Positions 37,638 to 50,835 of a stretch of 64,000 nucleotides of DNA are shown piece by piece; within the stretch, counting starts at the first letter, position 1; the number at the start of each line of letters is the position of its first letter. The notes under the pieces are model-generated. The model searched no databases. It was not told the origin of the DNA and was given only the letters and a program-made list of their open reading frames with translations. The stretch lies in assembly GCA_022605425.2 (NCBI GenBank), contig JAKIMF020000013.1, positions 620,001 to 684,000 on the forward strand, given 5' to 3'. This DNA is from Hamiltosporidium tvaerminnensis FI-OER-3-3 (lineage: Eukaryota; Fungi; Microsporidia). Both the position numbers and the translations under genes were made by a program.

Positions 37638-38353
37638 TTTATTTAAAAGTATCGCATCTTTTTTGAAATAGTTGCAAGTGTTATATTCTTTTCATGATAA
37701 TAGGACAATTCTAGGTTTAACATAAATAACTGCAACCCAAACACTCCATCGGTAACACTGCGATACCTACATCTCAAAGCCTTTCATCTGCCAGGTGTGT
37801 AGAACCTAATTAATAAGCGAGGCAGTTGCCCGGAGTTCGTTAATTTCTGTTGTATGTAGTGTGATTGTAGGTCCAAACCTAGTCAGAATTTCCCTGAGAC
37901 TATGCAACATGTCTACTTGCTCTACTTTTTTCGGACTTCTAAAGTTCGGGTCAAGATATATCACAAGGAGTTACATGGTCTTTCCTAGACATTGCAATGT
38001 CGTACGAACAGGTATAACCTGCTTCTTAGCTTACCCGGCTTCAAAAGGTTTTTTAACCAAGAAACTAAGTCTCTAACTCGAGTGCACAAGGATAGATTTT
38101 CATGCTTTTACATGGGAATTGCATACATGTTCAGCTGCGGTCTGCAATCTAGTTTCATAAAAAACTGTAAAATAAATTTGTAGAAAAAATTTCGCCATTT
38201 CGTAGGCCCTCTTCTTTACCTACCAACTTCCATGGAACAACCGAAAATATAGTGTTGTTTTATTCCCACTAAAAATTCCAACAATAATTTCATACACCAA
38301 TTCATCTATTCATTGCCAAGCAGAATGTTTTTTATGTGGTTATACTCCCTCCA
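37638..38353 (-). mobile_element. ~730-bp SINE-like element, diverged copy
   Basis: Colinear with the 23122 and 36046 copies but with many substitutions. No clear TSD. Confidence 0.8.
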
Positions 38354-40950
38354 GTTTCATTGGGTTTCTATATTTTTCAATACCTTTAAGCTAAAAACAA
38401 AAAATATATGATTTTTAATTTTCATTTGTAACGAATATAAGTTTACCGTTAGGAATCGACGTAATCTGAACGGAAATGATGGCTATGAACTAATCTTACT
38501 TCTTCCAAACCACTACTCTTTCTAGAAAATGGAATAGCTTTTCACATATTAGGAATTCTAGTAAGATTTTAAAATAACGTTATTTGGCTGATTTTTTTTT
38601 TCTGAACCATTAGGAAATAAGGTATATCTAAATAATAAAATTCATTACAAAAGACTTTCATGTAACACTCCATGTTTACATAAATTACGGCAGATGCACA
38701 AAAAATAAAATTTTTGAACCCAATCAGTTGTCCAATTAATTGATTTCAAATGCGAACAACTAAATTTTGTTTAAAAAACATTTAATTACAAGGGTTTTTA
38801 GATATTTTAAACCAATCTATGTTTTCGTAGATATATTCTTAACGTTATTTTTGTCTTTAAATATTTCTTGATGATGCAAATATATAGAATTCTGTTTCAA
38901 ATTTATGCTTTTTAGACGCATATTTATTTGTAATTTTAATATTTGTTAAAATGCAATTAAACTTTTTTACAGGGATTTATATCTTTAAATTAATTTTTTT
39001 TTCATTGCGATTTCATTTATCTTTGTCAGATAATTAACATAAAGAAGATTAGGAATCATCATTTAAAATTAATTAATGTTGAATATATTTTCTACATTAG
39101 AGAAATTATTCTTATAAATAAATAAAATATTGCTTTAGATTATACTTTTAAAAATGCAAATTCTCTAATATTTTTGCTTTAAACATATTTGATCTGATTT
39201 ATAACTTTATAAGTAATTCTAACATAATTACCAAGTCTCATATCTGTTCATCTTCAAAAAAACATTTGCATTTACAAATAAATTCATAAAATAATTTATG
39301 AATTTATAAAAAAATAAAATAGACAGTATTAATTATATTTTCTATTTGGATTCATATGTAATTACCAAATGATTCTAAAATTAAGTATAATTTGCATTTC
39401 AAAATAACAAAAAATTTTGGCTTATTAAATTCACTTTACATGTGTTAAATTAGTGTATCAAACTTGAGCAAAATTTGTAATTAGTTGCAAATTCTAAAGA
39501 AATTTCGATTATTTTTCGAATATAAAGAACAATAAGTTGTAGTGAACATGGAAAGATTTCCAAAATAATATTCTAAATTTATCATCGTTTGATTCAGGTT
39601 CACATTTTAAATATCAAAAAATATTTTATAGCTTTCCATCTGTCGCAAGAATTTCATAAACCAATTTGACTCGATTTTTTGTAGTTTTACTTAATATTGA
39701 ATAATACCAACAACATTTTAATGTTAACGATTTATTTTTTGTGTTTCCCTTTATATTTTAATCAATTATTAAAGCCCTAAACTTAAAATATTATAGGTTT
39801 TGATGATGATACGGTTTAGTTTGTCTTATCCATTTAAAGAATTATATAAACGCATTTATACTTTTATTAGAGAATTTTCTTATACATTGATTTATAAAAA
39901 TATTCCGATTTCGTTTATATTTTATATTGTTTATTATACTTCGATACTAACGATTAGTAAATTTATTATGTTCATAAAATTATTGTTCTGGTTTATGACG
40001 GTTTATAAAGGGTTTTTTTGTTAAATTTTATTAAATTTCAGATTATCAAATTAAACTCAATCTTGAAGCATACAAAAAGATATATGCCGATTTATTTATT
40101 AGAATTAATTATAAATAAACACTGATTATTCGATCTTACATTTCGATGTTAATTAACTAATTTAAAAACGTTTATACATAATATAACCTATATATCACAA
40201 AATTCCACTAAGAGTTTTCTAAGTACGAACGAATAATTTTTTTTGGAAATTAAGAGGAAAAAAATGAAAATCAAAGAGTAATTTGAGTTTTTATATTAAA
40301 TACACAATGTTATAAACGCATATGGAACTATCGCCCAAGTAATATATTAAGTTTTGAGCTGGGTTGACAGCATAAGTCGAAAGAAAACTTCATGAACCGT
40401 CTAAAAAAAATCTTCAAGTTTTATTTCATTCTTGTACTGTTCTATCATGCGTATGGAAAGAAGAAAGCTATGAATATCTACTAGATTGTAATTACGCTTT
40501 TACATATAAGAATAAAAAAATCATAAGATTTGAAGTCGTAATATTGGCTTGAATACAAGGAACACGAAAGACGAGAAAAAATCTAACAACGAACTAAGTA
40601 ATAAAGAATTCTCATTTCTATTCTGAATTTTAGAATATAGTTTAGAAGTTTGTAAGTTGAAAGACTTATTTATAACATCAAAGGTTTTATATATTTAAAT
40701 AATATTTAGAAAGATAGGCAAATAATCAAAGTTTAATTTAGACGTGACTTGTGCGAGAACAAACTATCATTCAATCTTTCTATATAAAGAATCACAAATG
40801 GTCAAAAAAACCAAGCTAAATAGTCCCAGAGATTAGTCTAAATCTTTTTTGTAAAGATATTTCGTTTTTTGCCATTTAAAATTTTTATATCTTTAATATG
40901 ATTCTTTAATTCGATTGTTTTGCTAACATTTATACTTTTAACAAAAATTC

Positions 40951-41302
40951 GAAGACAGTCGAAACAATTTCCTTTGATCGACGAAGAGGACTTTAGTCAG
41001 GACTAAATGCCGAAGAGAGCTGGTAGAGAGCGTCAATTGGTGTTATTATGAGAGCAGAGATTCATGAGAAACCAACACCCCCTTTAAAAGAAGAGAAGAG
41101 AGAGGAAGATGGTGCAAACAATTTTAAAACCAAAAAATAAAGCACCCTTTATTTCAAAAGGAGGAACCACTTTAGAGGAACCGACCAATAACATAAATGA
41201 AGAGTCTGATTTGGAAGAAGAGACAATAGTGGTTAAAGAGGTAGAAGAAAACATCTAAAAATGGTAAAAATATTTTAACCCAGAATTTTATTAAATAAAT
41301 TG
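40951..41302 (+). mobile_element. Short 5'-truncated copy of the same RLE non-LTR element (3' end only)
   Basis: Matches the reverse complement of ~32384-32727 with stops. 12-bp TSD TAACAAAAATTC at 40939-40950 and 41303-41314. Confidence 0.85.
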
Positions 41303-41956
41303 TAACAAAAATTCTCGCTTTGAATTATACGAATGTTTGGTAATTCAACAAATAAAAGTGTATCTGAAATGTAAATTACACTTATTTTTTTTAAAAAATA
41401 TTGTAAGGTATAATACATTCTGTGATACTGAGTTGCACTATATCAAACAAAAGATTGTGTATAAACGCAGATAAATAATACCTTGGTAACCATTTTTACT
41501 TGGGTTAATATGACAATTTAAACTTAATTTAAAAATCAAAGAGCCAGAAGCTTAAAGATTCATGTATTATAAAGTATTAATGAAATGAACATTCTTTTAA
41601 ATTTATTTTTTTTGATTTAGAATATTCAAATGTTGTCATATTTTGTAATCATATATAAAATTATTTTAATATACAAATTTTACTTTCTTTCCTCAAAAAT
41701 TAAATCTGTAGTTACTTATACACAGAAAAGAGTAACTAAAAAATTCCGGGATTTTCATTTCTTTCTAAGTTTATAATCCTAAAAAAAGAGAACAAAGAAA
41801 GGGAAATGATTTGATAAAATACTTGACAATAAATTTAATTCAAGTCAATATTTTTATAAGAGAGAACTGGGGTGTAGTGGGATGATCTCCTTAATTAAAA
41901 AATATTCCGAATTGGCTGCTTAACTGAAAATCAAAACATGGATATTTAGAAATCAG

Positions 41957-42075
41957 GTGGAGGGGAATAACCACATTAAAAAGTATTTCATGGCAATGAG
42001 TGTCTAGAATTGTTTGAAAATCATTGTTGAATTTTAGTAAACTATAAACTACACTAGATCTATAGGCTACTCCCC
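41957..42075 (+). mobile_element. Degenerate 5' fragment of the ~730-bp element
   Basis: gtggaggggaataaccacattaaaaag...ggcaatgagtgt...atcattgttg matches the element head. Confidence 0.6.
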
Positions 42076-43296
42076 TACAATTCGGAATTACAGCAAATTA
42101 AAGGAAAAAAATAGAAAAATTCGATTTGTTCATCTTCGGCCCCCGAGAGACAAAAAAGTGATGGAATAAGTATGTAAGTAAAATTAGAAACATAATATTT
42201 TCATGGCTTCAGAAGATTAAATCCTAAGCGCAAAATATTTCTCGATTAAACTGAAATTCGGGTCAATACATTAATATATATATGAATGTATAAATCTCGC
42301 ATTTGTACAGATTTTCTATTAATAAAGTTTATAGAGTTTTTTTCTAAATGAATATTCCATAGTGTCTACTTGTTTCCGTAATAAATATATGTTTAGAATT
42401 ATTTCATATATTTTTAAGGTAAAGATTTTGTAACTTATACAAACTCTGCATTTTTTAAAAATATTTACAAACAGTCAGACAATCGTGTAATTCTACGATG
42501 AGATTATTTTATTACAATAAACCTTTTTAAAATTAATATTACATTCTATTATTTATATTTTTATGACTTTAATTAACTGAAAATTTTGTAAACAGATAAC
42601 TTGGTTCTCGTTTCCATTTATCATGATTTTGATAGAGATCAATTTTTTTCTTAAATTTTTTGAACTTTAGCAACACTGTACCTCAGATTAGACAAAAAAA
42701 TTATATTTTGATAATTTTTATATCTCTATGTCTAAGAAATCATAAAAATAGTAGAATAGTTGCAATAAAATTATATTTAGTTTGCCGATGAATATTCATT
42801 TTAGCAATTTTTGTTTCCTAAAATAACTAAATACATTTTAAACCAATTTTTTTCATCGATAAATGATTAAAATAAAGATACATTAGTTCAAAAATAGTAA
42901 TAACATAAGTAAATCGTTTTGTATTGAATCTTGGAGCCAGAAAAGTAAATATCAATCACTAAATTATTGTAAATTTATTTGTACACTGTATAGTGAATCA
43001 AATAAGTTTTTCTTTGAAAAAATATCAAACTCTTACACTGTCTTATCAAAATTAATTCAAAAAATTTATTTTCTGTTTTTCCTCTAAATATTTTATAGTT
43101 CAAATCAGATTCTTTTCAAATTACCACTCTCTATTACATAATTACTTACATTTTTATTAACCATTGCATATTTATAGTTCAAATCAGATTCTTTTCAGAA
43201 TTAAAATTCTTTAGAAAACAATTATTTACATTTATATTTTTCAAAATAAAATAATTGATATTGTAATAAATAAATATAGAAAAATGGATAATCCCT

Positions 43297-44019
43297 ATGA
43301 ATCTTATATTTTTTATTTTTTTAAAAAATATATTCGCGACAATGTCATTTATAAATTATTTGCCAGAGGATTATACTGTAAATCAAATAACGGATCTTTT
43401 TATATCCACAAACAATTTATTTTTTATATTTGGCAATTTTAACAAAGATGAAGAAAAACGTATAAATGGATTTAAAGATGGTGATTACAACTCTTTTAAT
43501 TGTTTTATCGCACATATTTTAGATAAAGTTTATAAAAATGCACATATATATACAACAATAGACTCATTAAAGAATCGATACAAAGAAAATTTGCTAACCG
43601 AAAACGAAATAATAGCAAGTATTTTAGATCCAAAATATAATAATATCGGTGTATTAATTTTAGAGAAAAAAAATATTTTATATTTTTTAGATTTGATAAA
43701 AGAAAATAAGAAAAGATGTATTTTTATAAATACAAATATTAAAACAGTTCCACCTTTTTATTTCAAAGAGGATTTAATTTCTTACACAAATAATTGTAAT
43801 AATCAAGGAATTGTAAGTGTAGCAGGAAAAAAATATTTTTGTAAATGTAATATGGATTATTGTGGTGTTGGATGCGAAAAAAAGAAAAACCACATTTTAC
43901 TTAATTGGTGTATTTTTATTTTAACTTTCTTTTTTGTTTTAAATTATTTTTATCGTTCAAATAAAAAAAGTGAAATTGTTAAATCTTATTTGGTAGTTAG
44001 AAAAGAAAAGATTGATTGA
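43297..44019 (+). CDS. Predicted single-pass membrane protein with signal peptide and membrane-proximal EGF-like Cys motif
   Basis: 240-aa ORF with a hydrophobic N-terminus, NCNNQG...CKCNMDYCGVGC, a TM helix (ILLNWCIFILTFFFVLNYFY) and a basic tail. CCC upstream of the ATG. Confidence 0.72.
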   Translation: MNLIFFIFLKNIFATMSFINYLPEDYTVNQITDLFISTNNLFFIFGNFNKDEEKRINGFKDGDYNSFNCFIAHILDKVYKNAHIYTTIDSLKNRYKENLLTENEIIASILDPKYNNIGVLILEKKNILYFLDLIKENKKRCIFINTNIKTVPPFYFKEDLISYTNNCNNQGIVSVAGKKYFCKCNMDYCGVGCEKKKNHILLNWCIFILTFFFVLNYFYRSNKKSEIVKSYLVVRKEKID

Positions 44020-44480
44020 TGGTTTTATTTAGTAAATTTTATACTGTAAATTCTTTTAGAATTTTAAATTTACAATTATTTTTTTTTGTAATTACGTTTC
44101 GTTTTTTTAAAAAATATTTTTATAGTTCTAAATTTATATCAAAGCCTACTAAAGGAAAATCCAGAACGTAAAAAATATTTTTGTGTATTTGTAAATTTCA
44201 ATCCCTGCTTATAGGAAAGAAAAATAGTGCTTATAATATTTTTGTATATTTGTAAATTTCAATCCCTGCTTATAAGAAAGAAAATTTATTGCTTATAATA
44301 TTTTTTTATAGCTTTAAAGTTCCATTTAAGGTTGGTTATAAACAAATTTGAAATATAAAAATAACATTTTTATCTTTTTTACCGTTGAAAGTAATGCAAA
44401 AAAAAAACTATCGAATGGTCAAATATATTTCTAAAGTCTTCATTTCAAAATTTGAATATTTATTTATTCTTAATTAAAAC

Positions 44481-45200
44481 GGTAGGTACAGGATTATTAC
44501 AATAAAACTTTTTACTTGGCAATGGATAGGTGAAGTCTGGAATATTCGTTTGTATTTTTAGTTGGAAAAAAACCACACTATAATTTCATGTGTCTCATGG
44601 GATTTTTATGAAGAGGAGAATATCATTAAAATGGCGAAAGTTTTTCTAACAAATTTACTTTTAGTTTTTTATGTAACTAGATTGGAGACGGCGGTTGGAG
44701 TTGTCGGAAATTGCCATATAAAAGCATGCAATCTAGTCTGGCACATTCTGTTTAGAAGACTTAGCCTCTGTGTGATATGAAAATAAAAACTATTTAAAGC
44801 CGTGATAGCTAAGTAGCAAGTTATACCTGTTGGTATGACATTGCACTGTCAGGTAGACCTCATGTAAGTCTCTAAAATATATCTTAGATGGAAGTAAATG
44901 AGGCTCAGAAAATGTAGAGTAAGTGAGAATGCTGCATAGTATTGGGGAAGCCATGTGTTGGTTTCGACTTAAAATCACACACCATGCAACGAATATTAAC
45001 GAACTTTAGGCGATTGCTTCATCTAGTAATTAGGTTCTACATACCTTTTAGATGAAAAGCTTTGGGACGTAGGTATCTTAGGGGGTACTGATGGTGTGTT
45101 GGGGCAGCAGTTATTTATATTAAACCTAGAATTGTGCTTATGCCATGAAAGGAATATAACACTTGCCCCCTTTTAAAAATATGTGATACTTGTAAATAAT
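44481..45200 (+). mobile_element. ~730-bp SINE-like element, old inverted copy
   Basis: Reverse complement of the family along its full length (e.g. gttatacctgttggtatgacattgcactgtc; ctttgggacgtaggtatc; taaacctagaa). Confidence 0.8.
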
Positions 45201-47186
45201 AATTGTACTATTTACAATTTATATAAAAGTAAATAAATATATTGTCGATAAGTTAAATGCTCATACTATTAAAAAATCACTACCAAAAATTTTCAAAATA
45301 TAATTTACAAGTCTTTAAAGAAGATATATAATTTTTCAACTAGCAAATCTGATAATAAAAATTTTCTATGCTAAATTTTAAGAGACGAAAAATGCATAGT
45401 TTATATTATAGTTTTATTCGTTAAATTTACAAAGTAAAATACTATGAAAAGTTTTAGTAAGACTCTGTTAAAAACAAACCTGTCATATTTTATACGTCAT
45501 AGAAAAGAAAAACACTATTATTTTCATTTAGCAACTAGAAGGTCATATAAACTCATAAAGTTGACATTAGCCAATTCGAAAAAAAAATAATTCAAAACTG
45601 AATTGTACGTTCGAATCGGATTATATTAAACAGCTGAAAAAATACATCCTTATTATATACTTAAAAAAACTTAAACACAAAAATTAAGAAGCTTGGTATT
45701 ATTTGACCTGATATAATAGCTTACTAGGGCAGATATATTCTTTTTTTTTCAATTTGGAAACAAGACATTGTACTTTCTATGTAGTAAGTATACTTGAACT
45801 ACGTTAATGATACGAACTTTTAAGAACATTGCTTGGATTTCAACCAGTATATAATAGGATAGAAACTACTTGAATACTAAAACATTATATTTAATTTATT
45901 ATATCTATTTATGGTTTATCTCAACACATTAAATATGTACAAAGAAGACAATAAAGACATTCAAATCTATTTCTCTATAAATTCAAATTATAGCAAATTA
46001 CCGACAATGATAAGATTGAAAATATTAAAAAAACTCTTAAAGAAACTCATAGAAGCCAAAATACTTCATTTTAATGATAAACCAGACTCAAATATTATAG
46101 ATACTGTTCAAACAAATTAAAACGTTTATTTGTCCTCTTTTGAATAAACATATAACAATTTTTTCAATGTCATTTACATTCGTAATCATTTCAATGGAGG
46201 TGTTTGAATATTCAATTAGCAGAGCAGCTATTATTAATTCAATTATATAACTTATCTATGACGTTTTAACATATTCTCCAATAAAAGCATCTAAAAATAA
46301 TCAAATTTTTTGTTCAAAAAATTTCTTATTGTATTGCCAATATTAAATATCTTTAAATAATCACTTTCTATACTTATGCACATATTATACATTAAATTAC
46401 ATTAGATTGTTTGCTGACAAGAAATTTTCTCACACAATCTTGAATTATAATAAGTATTTATTTTAGTAAAATTAAATCCCTTATTAAAGTATAATTCCGA
46501 AATAGATATGTTTATAGTTCACCATATTGTATCAGCCACAATACTTATGAAATACTTCTATAGAAACTTTAAAATTTAAACGTCCTTTTTCCAAAAACAA
46601 ATCTACGTTTTCAAATTAAATATACCAAAATCTACATTTGTATTGTCAAATCTAACATATTATTTTCCATATTTGTATATTTAGATATTTATATAAGAAT
46701 ACGGTTTTATTTAAATAAAATAATAACCAACCAGAAACATGTAGCACATACATAAATCACTTATAAAAATCTTATTATACTCTTATATACCAACCAGAAT
46801 CTAGACATATATCTCCAATCTAAATATTAAAAATTCAATTTAAAAAAAGTCTCTCATTTGAAGAGTATAATACAAATAATCTAACTAATATAATAATGAC
46901 TATCAAGTATTTTATATTTTTATAACAATACATGGGCCATATAACAAAAACATATATTCATTCTATGACATAATAAATCATAAGAAGATACTCTTTCAAC
47001 ATATACTTTCTTTTTTCCATCCACCATAACAAAATATAAAACAATATCAAAATATGTATCATAGTTAATATTTATAATATAAAATTTAATTTAATAAAGA
47101 CTATATATAGTAACAAAGAATAATAATTTCTTTAAGAAATTGATTTATAGATATGATATATAATAAATACGTAGTACTTAATCTTT

Positions 47187-47340
47187 TTAACTATCTAACT
47201 ATCTAAATATCTAACTATCTAAATATCTAACTATCTAAATATCTAACTATCTAACTATCTAACTATCTAACTATCTAACTATCTAAATATCTAACTATCT
47301 AACTATCTAACTATCTAACTATCTAAATATCTAAATATCA
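47187..47340. repeat. 8-bp tandem repeat (TAACTATC/TAAATATC)n
   Basis: Directly visible array of about 19 units. Confidence 0.9.
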
Positions 47341-47599
47341 TCACTATCTAATAGTTTAATCTTTCATTGTTATTCCCCTTTTTTTTTATCAAATTTTAAT
47401 AAGTTTAATCAGAGTATGTCTTCTTGTATTAGAATTATTTATATTTACATCTTATCATTGTATGATTGATTGTAGAAATATTTAATTTTATGAATATTTA
47501 ATATTTATACTAGTTATAGATTTATAATAAGTTACTATTTAATATGTAAATAACTTATCATTCCTGTAACTAAGAAATATATTGCATATTTGATAGACT

Positions 47600-48085
47600 A
47601 ATAACAATCTAATAAACTTATAAAATAAAAATCTAATAAAATAATAAACTGGATTAATAATAAAAATCTAATAAAATAATAATTTAATAAGACAATAAAC
47701 TTATAAACTTATACACTTATGAACTGGATTAATAAATTAATAAGATAATGAAATAATAGACCAATATTCTAATAAACTGGATTAATAATATAATCCAATA
47801 AAATAATAAACATATATACTAGATAAACTAATATAAACTAATATAATCTAATAAAATAGATTAATAATATAATCCAATAAAATAATAAACATATACACTG
47901 GATAAACAATATGATCTAATCTACTTATAAAATAGATTAATAATATAAAATAATAAAATAATAAACTTATACACTGGATAAACAATATAATATAATATTC
48001 TAATAAAATAAAATAATAAAATAATAAACATACATACTAGATAAACTAATATACTTATAAAATAATCCAATAAAATAATAATTTG
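47600..48085. repeat. Degenerate AT-rich tandem repeats upstream of the kinase gene
   Basis: Recurrent aataaaataataaa, (ct)ggattaataat and acactggataaac motifs. Confidence 0.65.
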
Positions 48086-48247
48086 TTTAACTATTTAACC
48101 TCTTTAATATAATATATCTCTGATATTAGAAAGTATAAACTTTTTATTTTGATTTTCCACACATTTTTTATCAAAAAGCTTCTCCTTTAAACAAAATCAC
48201 ATCACAAAAAAAAATTAATAAAATCTAATAACTTACCACACCCCTTA

Positions 48248-50476
48248 ATGCCAAAACCTCAGTATTTTCTTCCACTTAACACTCAAATAACAGATCCTTC
48301 TACCAAGATAACATACACTCTAACAAAACTACTTGGTCGTGGTGCATTTGCACAGTGCTATCTTGCTATTACAGATACAAAAAAAGTAGCAATAAAAATA
48401 GTAAAATTGTCAGATTTAAAAACGGAAAAAATAAAAGAAAAACTGGAATCCGAAGTTTTAATACACAAGAGTCTCAACCATCCGTACATAGTGACTTTAC
48501 ACACATCTTTTCGTACCACAGAATACGTATTTATGGTGATGGAACTGTGTGAGAACAAGACATTGGACGATTTATTGAAGAAATGCCAGTGTTTATCAGA
48601 AAAATATGTAAAAAAATATACGTTACAACTTATCTGTGCGCTCAAATACCTCCATGAAAACAAATGTGTAGTTCATCGCGACTTAAAACTCTCAAATCTT
48701 TTTCTCGACACAAATTATAATTTAAAAATCGGTGATTTCGGTCTTTCTGCTGTCATACGGCTCGGACAAAAGAAGAGAACTGTGTGTGGAACACCAAATT
48801 ATATTGCACCCGAGGTTTTGTTTGATAAAGCTAATGGACACTCCTATGAGGCAGATGTATGGTCTTTAGGTGTTATTATGTACACATTGTTGATCGGTAC
48901 ACCTCCTTTTCAAAAAGAAAATGTTAAAGAAATTTATAAAATGATACAACAGAACAGTTATATATTTCCTAGTTGCAGTAAATTAAATACAGCTATTTCA
49001 CAACACTCTAAGACACTTATATCTTCTATACTTACTACTAATCCTCTGCTAAGACCTTCTTTTAGTCAGATACTTATACATCCATTCTTCTCTGATTCTT
49101 ATTCTCAAATTCTTATCAATAAAATATTTGGAATTGAAAATAAAATTAACAATAATTTTGTAGAAGGTGTTAGTGATAAGAATAAGGATTTATATAAGGA
49201 CTATACTAGTAGAGATAACAGGGTGTTAACTAGCAAATTGTTAGAAGGTGTTAATAATAAGGACTATACTAGTAGAGATAACAGGGTGTTAACTAGCAAA
49301 TTGTTAGAAGGTGTTAATAATAAGGACTATACTAGTAGAGATAACAGGGTGTTAACTAGCAAATTGTTAGAGGGTGTTAATGATAAGAATAAGGACTATA
49401 CTAGTAGAGATAACAGGGTGTTAACTAGCAAATTGTTAGAGGGTGTTAATGATAAGAATAAGGACTATACTAGTAGAGATAACAGGGTGTTAAATGGTCA
49501 CTTAAGTAATAACCCTAATGAACCTATTAATAACAACCCTAACCCCTGTATTCATTCTAATTCCCATTCTAACCCTAACCCTAATTCATGCATAAATACC
49601 AACCCTAACCACAACCCTAACCCTAATCCACGCATAAATACCAACCCTAACCCTAATCCACGCATAAACACTAACCCTAATCCCTGCATAAACAACCATT
49701 CAAATCACAAGAATAATGAAAATACAAATAACATCTTAAAAAATAGCAATAAAACAATTTCTATGATAGAAAGATTCTACATTTCTTTAAAAGATAAACT
49801 ATACGAAGAATTAACATGTACATATGATTATGTAACTTTCTCAATACCAATATCAAGATACAGAGTAATAGGATATAACATGTCTTCAGGTAGATGTGGT
49901 GTATATTTCTCTGACCATACTAATATGGTACTAGAAGTGTGTAATAAGAAAGTTTTATATCTCAGTGTAAGTAAAGAAGAAAATAAAAAAGTTTATTGTA
50001 GTGAAGAACATCTTATAGGAAGAGTACCTGATATTCTGTGTGAGAAGTATGAGGTATTAAAGTATTATGTTAAGAATTTTGGTATTAACAATAAAGAGGG
50101 TAATTATAGTAATTATAGTAATTATAATAATTGTAAGGATAATAATGGTTTTGGTTATAATTATAAGGATTGTAAGGATAATAATTATAAGGATAGTAAG
50201 GATATTAATTGTAATAATTATAAGGAAAACCTTTATAATAACAATATTGGTGTTAACGATAGGAGCTTTGTTATGAGGGTTAAAAGGGTGGAGAATGGGT
50301 TGTTATTTGGACAATTTAATAATATTTTTGTTTTTGATTTTGTTGATGGTAATAGGGTTGTAATTTATGATAAAGGAAGAAAAGTGTATTGCTGTGATGT
50401 AAAGGGTGTTAAGAAAATGACAGAAAATATGCGGGTTTTTTGTATGGGGGTGTTAGAATCACAGATAAAGAAGTAG
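48248..50476 (+). CDS. CDC5: Polo-like kinase (Cdc5/PLK1 family)
   Basis: Kinase motifs LGRGAFAQC, VAIK, HRDLKLSN, DFG, RTVCGTPNYIAPE and GHSYEADVWSLG. Divergent polo boxes (IGYNMSSGRCGVYFSD; FVFDFVDGNRVVI). CCCC upstream of the ATG. Confidence 0.93.
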   Translation: MPKPQYFLPLNTQITDPSTKITYTLTKLLGRGAFAQCYLAITDTKKVAIKIVKLSDLKTEKIKEKLESEVLIHKSLNHPYIVTLHTSFRTTEYVFMVMELCENKTLDDLLKKCQCLSEKYVKKYTLQLICALKYLHENKCVVHRDLKLSNLFLDTNYNLKIGDFGLSAVIRLGQKKRTVCGTPNYIAPEVLFDKANGHSYEADVWSLGVIMYTLLIGTPPFQKENVKEIYKMIQQNSYIFPSCSKLNTAISQHSKTLISSILTTNPLLRPSFSQILIHPFFSDSYSQILINKIFGIENKINNNFVEGVSDKNKDLYKDYTSRDNRVLTSKLLEGVNNKDYTSRDNRVLTSKLLEGVNNKDYTSRDNRVLTSKLLEGVNDKNKDYTSRDNRVLTSKLLEGVNDKNKDYTSRDNRVLNGHLSNNPNEPINNNPNPCIHSNSHSNPNPNSCINTNPNHNPNPNPRINTNPNPNPRINTNPNPCINNHSNHKNNENTNNILKNSNKTISMIERFYISLKDKLYEELTCTYDYVTFSIPISRYRVIGYNMSSGRCGVYFSDHTNMVLEVCNKKVLYLSVSKEENKKVYCSEEHLIGRVPDILCEKYEVLKYYVKNFGINNKEGNYSNYSNYNNCKDNNGFGYNYKDCKDNNYKDSKDINCNNYKENLYNNNIGVNDRSFVMRVKRVENGLLFGQFNNIFVFDFVDGNRVVIYDKGRKVYCCDVKGVKKMTENMRVFCMGVLESQIKK
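49157..49495 (+). repeat. In-frame 63-69-bp tandem repeat in the kinase-PBD linker
   Basis: KDYTSRDNRVLTSKLLEGVN(N/DKN) repeated about five times. Confidence 0.9.
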
Positions 50477-50490
50477 GGTTTTGGTTATGT

Positions 50491-50835
50491 GTGGTTAACA
50501 GGGTGTTAAATAACAAGTATATATTACTGTTGGTTAAAGGGGTGATAACTATAGGCAGGAATTTATATGTGGTTAACAGGGTGTTAAATTAGAAGTATAT
50601 ATTACTGTTAGTTAAAGGGGTGATAACTATAGGCAGGGATTTATATGTGGTTAACAGGGTGTTAAATAACAAGTATATATTACTGTTGGTTAAAGGGGTG
50701 ATAACTATAGGCAGGGATTTATATGTGGTTAACAGGGTGTTAAATAACAAGTATATATTACTGTTGGTTAAAGGGGTGATAACTATATGTAAGGTATTTC
50801 AAATGGTTAACAGGGTGTTAAATAACGAGTATATT
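50491..50835 (+). repeat. 78-bp tandem repeat (~4.4 copies) just after the kinase stop codon
   Basis: Unit ggttaacagggtgttaaataacaagtatatattactgttggttaaaggggtgataactataggcagggatttatatgt. Confidence 0.9.

Noticed and set aside
36495-38183. ORFs 36495-36728, 37861-38076 and 37992-38183 (also 44562-44978)
   Set aside because: They lie inside SINE-like copies and their frames are not conserved between copies.
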